Shown here: positions 31,470-32,000 of the stretch, piece after piece | Numbering within the stretch: the first letter of the stretch is position 1 | How the letters are laid out: each line of letters starts with the position of its first letter | DNA from: Candidatus Saccharimonadota bacterium | GTDB taxonomy: Bacteria; Patescibacteriota; Saccharimonadia; Saccharimonadales; Saccharimonadaceae | Assembly (NCBI GenBank): GCA_020160975.1 | Contig: JAIUPJ010000001.1 | Coordinates: 630,001 to 662,000, forward strand | Length of the DNA stretch: 32,000 bases | Direction of reading: 5' to 3' | The notes under the pieces: model-generated | What the model was told of the DNA's origin: nothing | What the model saw: only the letters and a program-made list of their open reading frames with translations | The model's database searches: none | Position numbers and translations under genes: made by a program

Positions 31470-31613
31470 ATGGAAAGCACCACCACAGAAGCAGTAACCC
31501 TCGGCGATATCATGAATCTTGCGACATGGAACCGCCCACGAACAAATGTCGAACTGCGTTCGTTCGTCAACGCCCATGATGATGCGTTGGATGTCGAAGA
31601 CTTTGACTTCTAG
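31470..31613 (+). CDS. possible 47-aa acidic small protein
   Basis: MESTTTEAVTLGDIMNLATWNRPRTNVELRSFVNAHDDALDVEDFDF. It is too short for the ORF track, lies downstream of the candidate promoter, and has only a weak AAGG SD. Confidence 0.3.
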   Translation: MESTTTEAVTLGDIMNLATWNRPRTNVELRSFVNAHDDALDVEDFDF

Positions 31614-31705
31614 ACAACAGCAAAATTGTGAAAAATATCCTACATGAAAGGCTCCCGCCTCGATACACTGCGAAGGTAATGTAATCGATAAAGGAGTCTT
31701 TTACT

Positions 31706-32000
31706 ATGGAACAAAAAACAACCTCCACAGTTGTACGTGATGAGCCGGTGGCGACATCAGTAACTGAGGCTGATCGTACGGTAGAAAAGACCAACAGTAG
31801 TGTTGTCGCGGCGCGCGTCGTTTGGTATATTGTTGGATTTATCCTGGTGCTGCTTGCCATTCGTGTGATTCTGTTCCTGCTCGGGGCAAATCAAGGCTCG
31901 GCCTTTGTCGACTTTATCTACGCCATCAGCGGAGTATTTGCCGCGCCATTTACGGGTATCTTCCCTGCGCCAACCTACGGCAAGTTCTTCTTTGATACGG
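31706..32000 (+). CDS. YggT-like membrane protein, 3'-truncated by the window end
   Basis: AAGGAG SD 9 nt upstream of ATG 31706. The frame is open to position 32000. ARVVWYIVGFILVLLAIRVILFLLGANQGSAFVDFIYAISGVFAAPFTGIF resembles the YggT-family repeat. It is absent from the ORF track because no stop lies in the window. Confidence 0.6.
   Translation, partial: MEQKTTSTVVRDEPVATSVTEADRTVEKTNSSVVAARVVWYIVGFILVLLAIRVILFLLGANQGSAFVDFIYAISGVFAAPFTGIFPAPTYGKFFFDT

Noticed and set aside
31567-31860. ORF 31567..31860 (-), 97 aa.
   Set aside because: It is antisense to the better-supported YggT-like gene, which has an AAGGAG SD and family-typical sequence, and it has no translation signals of its own.
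1-32000. Searched by eye and via the ORF track for CRISPR repeats, rRNA, integrase/recombinase, transposase, reverse transcriptase, restriction-modification genes and known defence-system genes.
   Set aside because: None was recognisable in any frame. The hairpin cluster at 7416-7953 lacks a constant repeat and a regular spacer length. The two island-like regions carry no recombinase.

Overview
Gene-dense bacterial chromosomal window, roughly 45-50 % GC by hand counts. It holds about 36 credible CDSs and two tRNA(CAT) genes. I saw no rRNA, CRISPR array, integrase or transposase. Most of the content is housekeeping and envelope functions: aspS, a murC-like ligase, trmB, corA, a CNNM/CBS protein, MscS, a CPA2 antiporter, a DHA2 MFS pump behind an AbrB-type regulator, an ABC-2 exporter pair, a DsbA-like oxidoreductase, a PAP2 phosphatase, two HhH-GPD DNA glycosylases, Nudix and MBL hydrolases, and an FtsB/DivIC-like protein. 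The small, patchy gene set and the many orphan membrane proteins would fit a reduced-genome lineage such as Patescibacteria/Saccharibacteria. That placement is inference only. Several ORF-track entries needed start-codon trimming, and one needed a 5' extension to a non-canonical ATC start. Main points for a second look: (1) A 1.3-kb non-core locus (7374-8649) has one very strongly signalled 105-aa basic orphan gene followed by about 0.6 kb of ORF-free, hairpin-dense sequence, including a 103-nt three-way-junction element and a family of polypyrimidine/polypurine hairpins. (2) A degraded island lies next to the initiator tRNA (27277-28625). It is bounded by a copy of the tRNA 3' end, preceded by a 5'-half pseudo-tRNA, and carries a ~59 % GC orphan gene. 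(3) A second ~61 % GC orphan gene (20778-21227) sits next to a 15-bp inverted repeat and 16-bp-period iteron-like repeats. (4) About a third of the genes have a -10 hexamer 6-8 nt upstream of the start codon, suggesting leaderless mRNAs. One 8-bp palindrome appears to serve two divergent genes. (5) A lipoamide-dehydrogenase-like flavoprotein has both redox cysteines replaced, in an operon with a stand-alone ATP-cone protein. No candidate can be assigned a function from sequence alone, so all novelty claims are hypotheses with stated tests.
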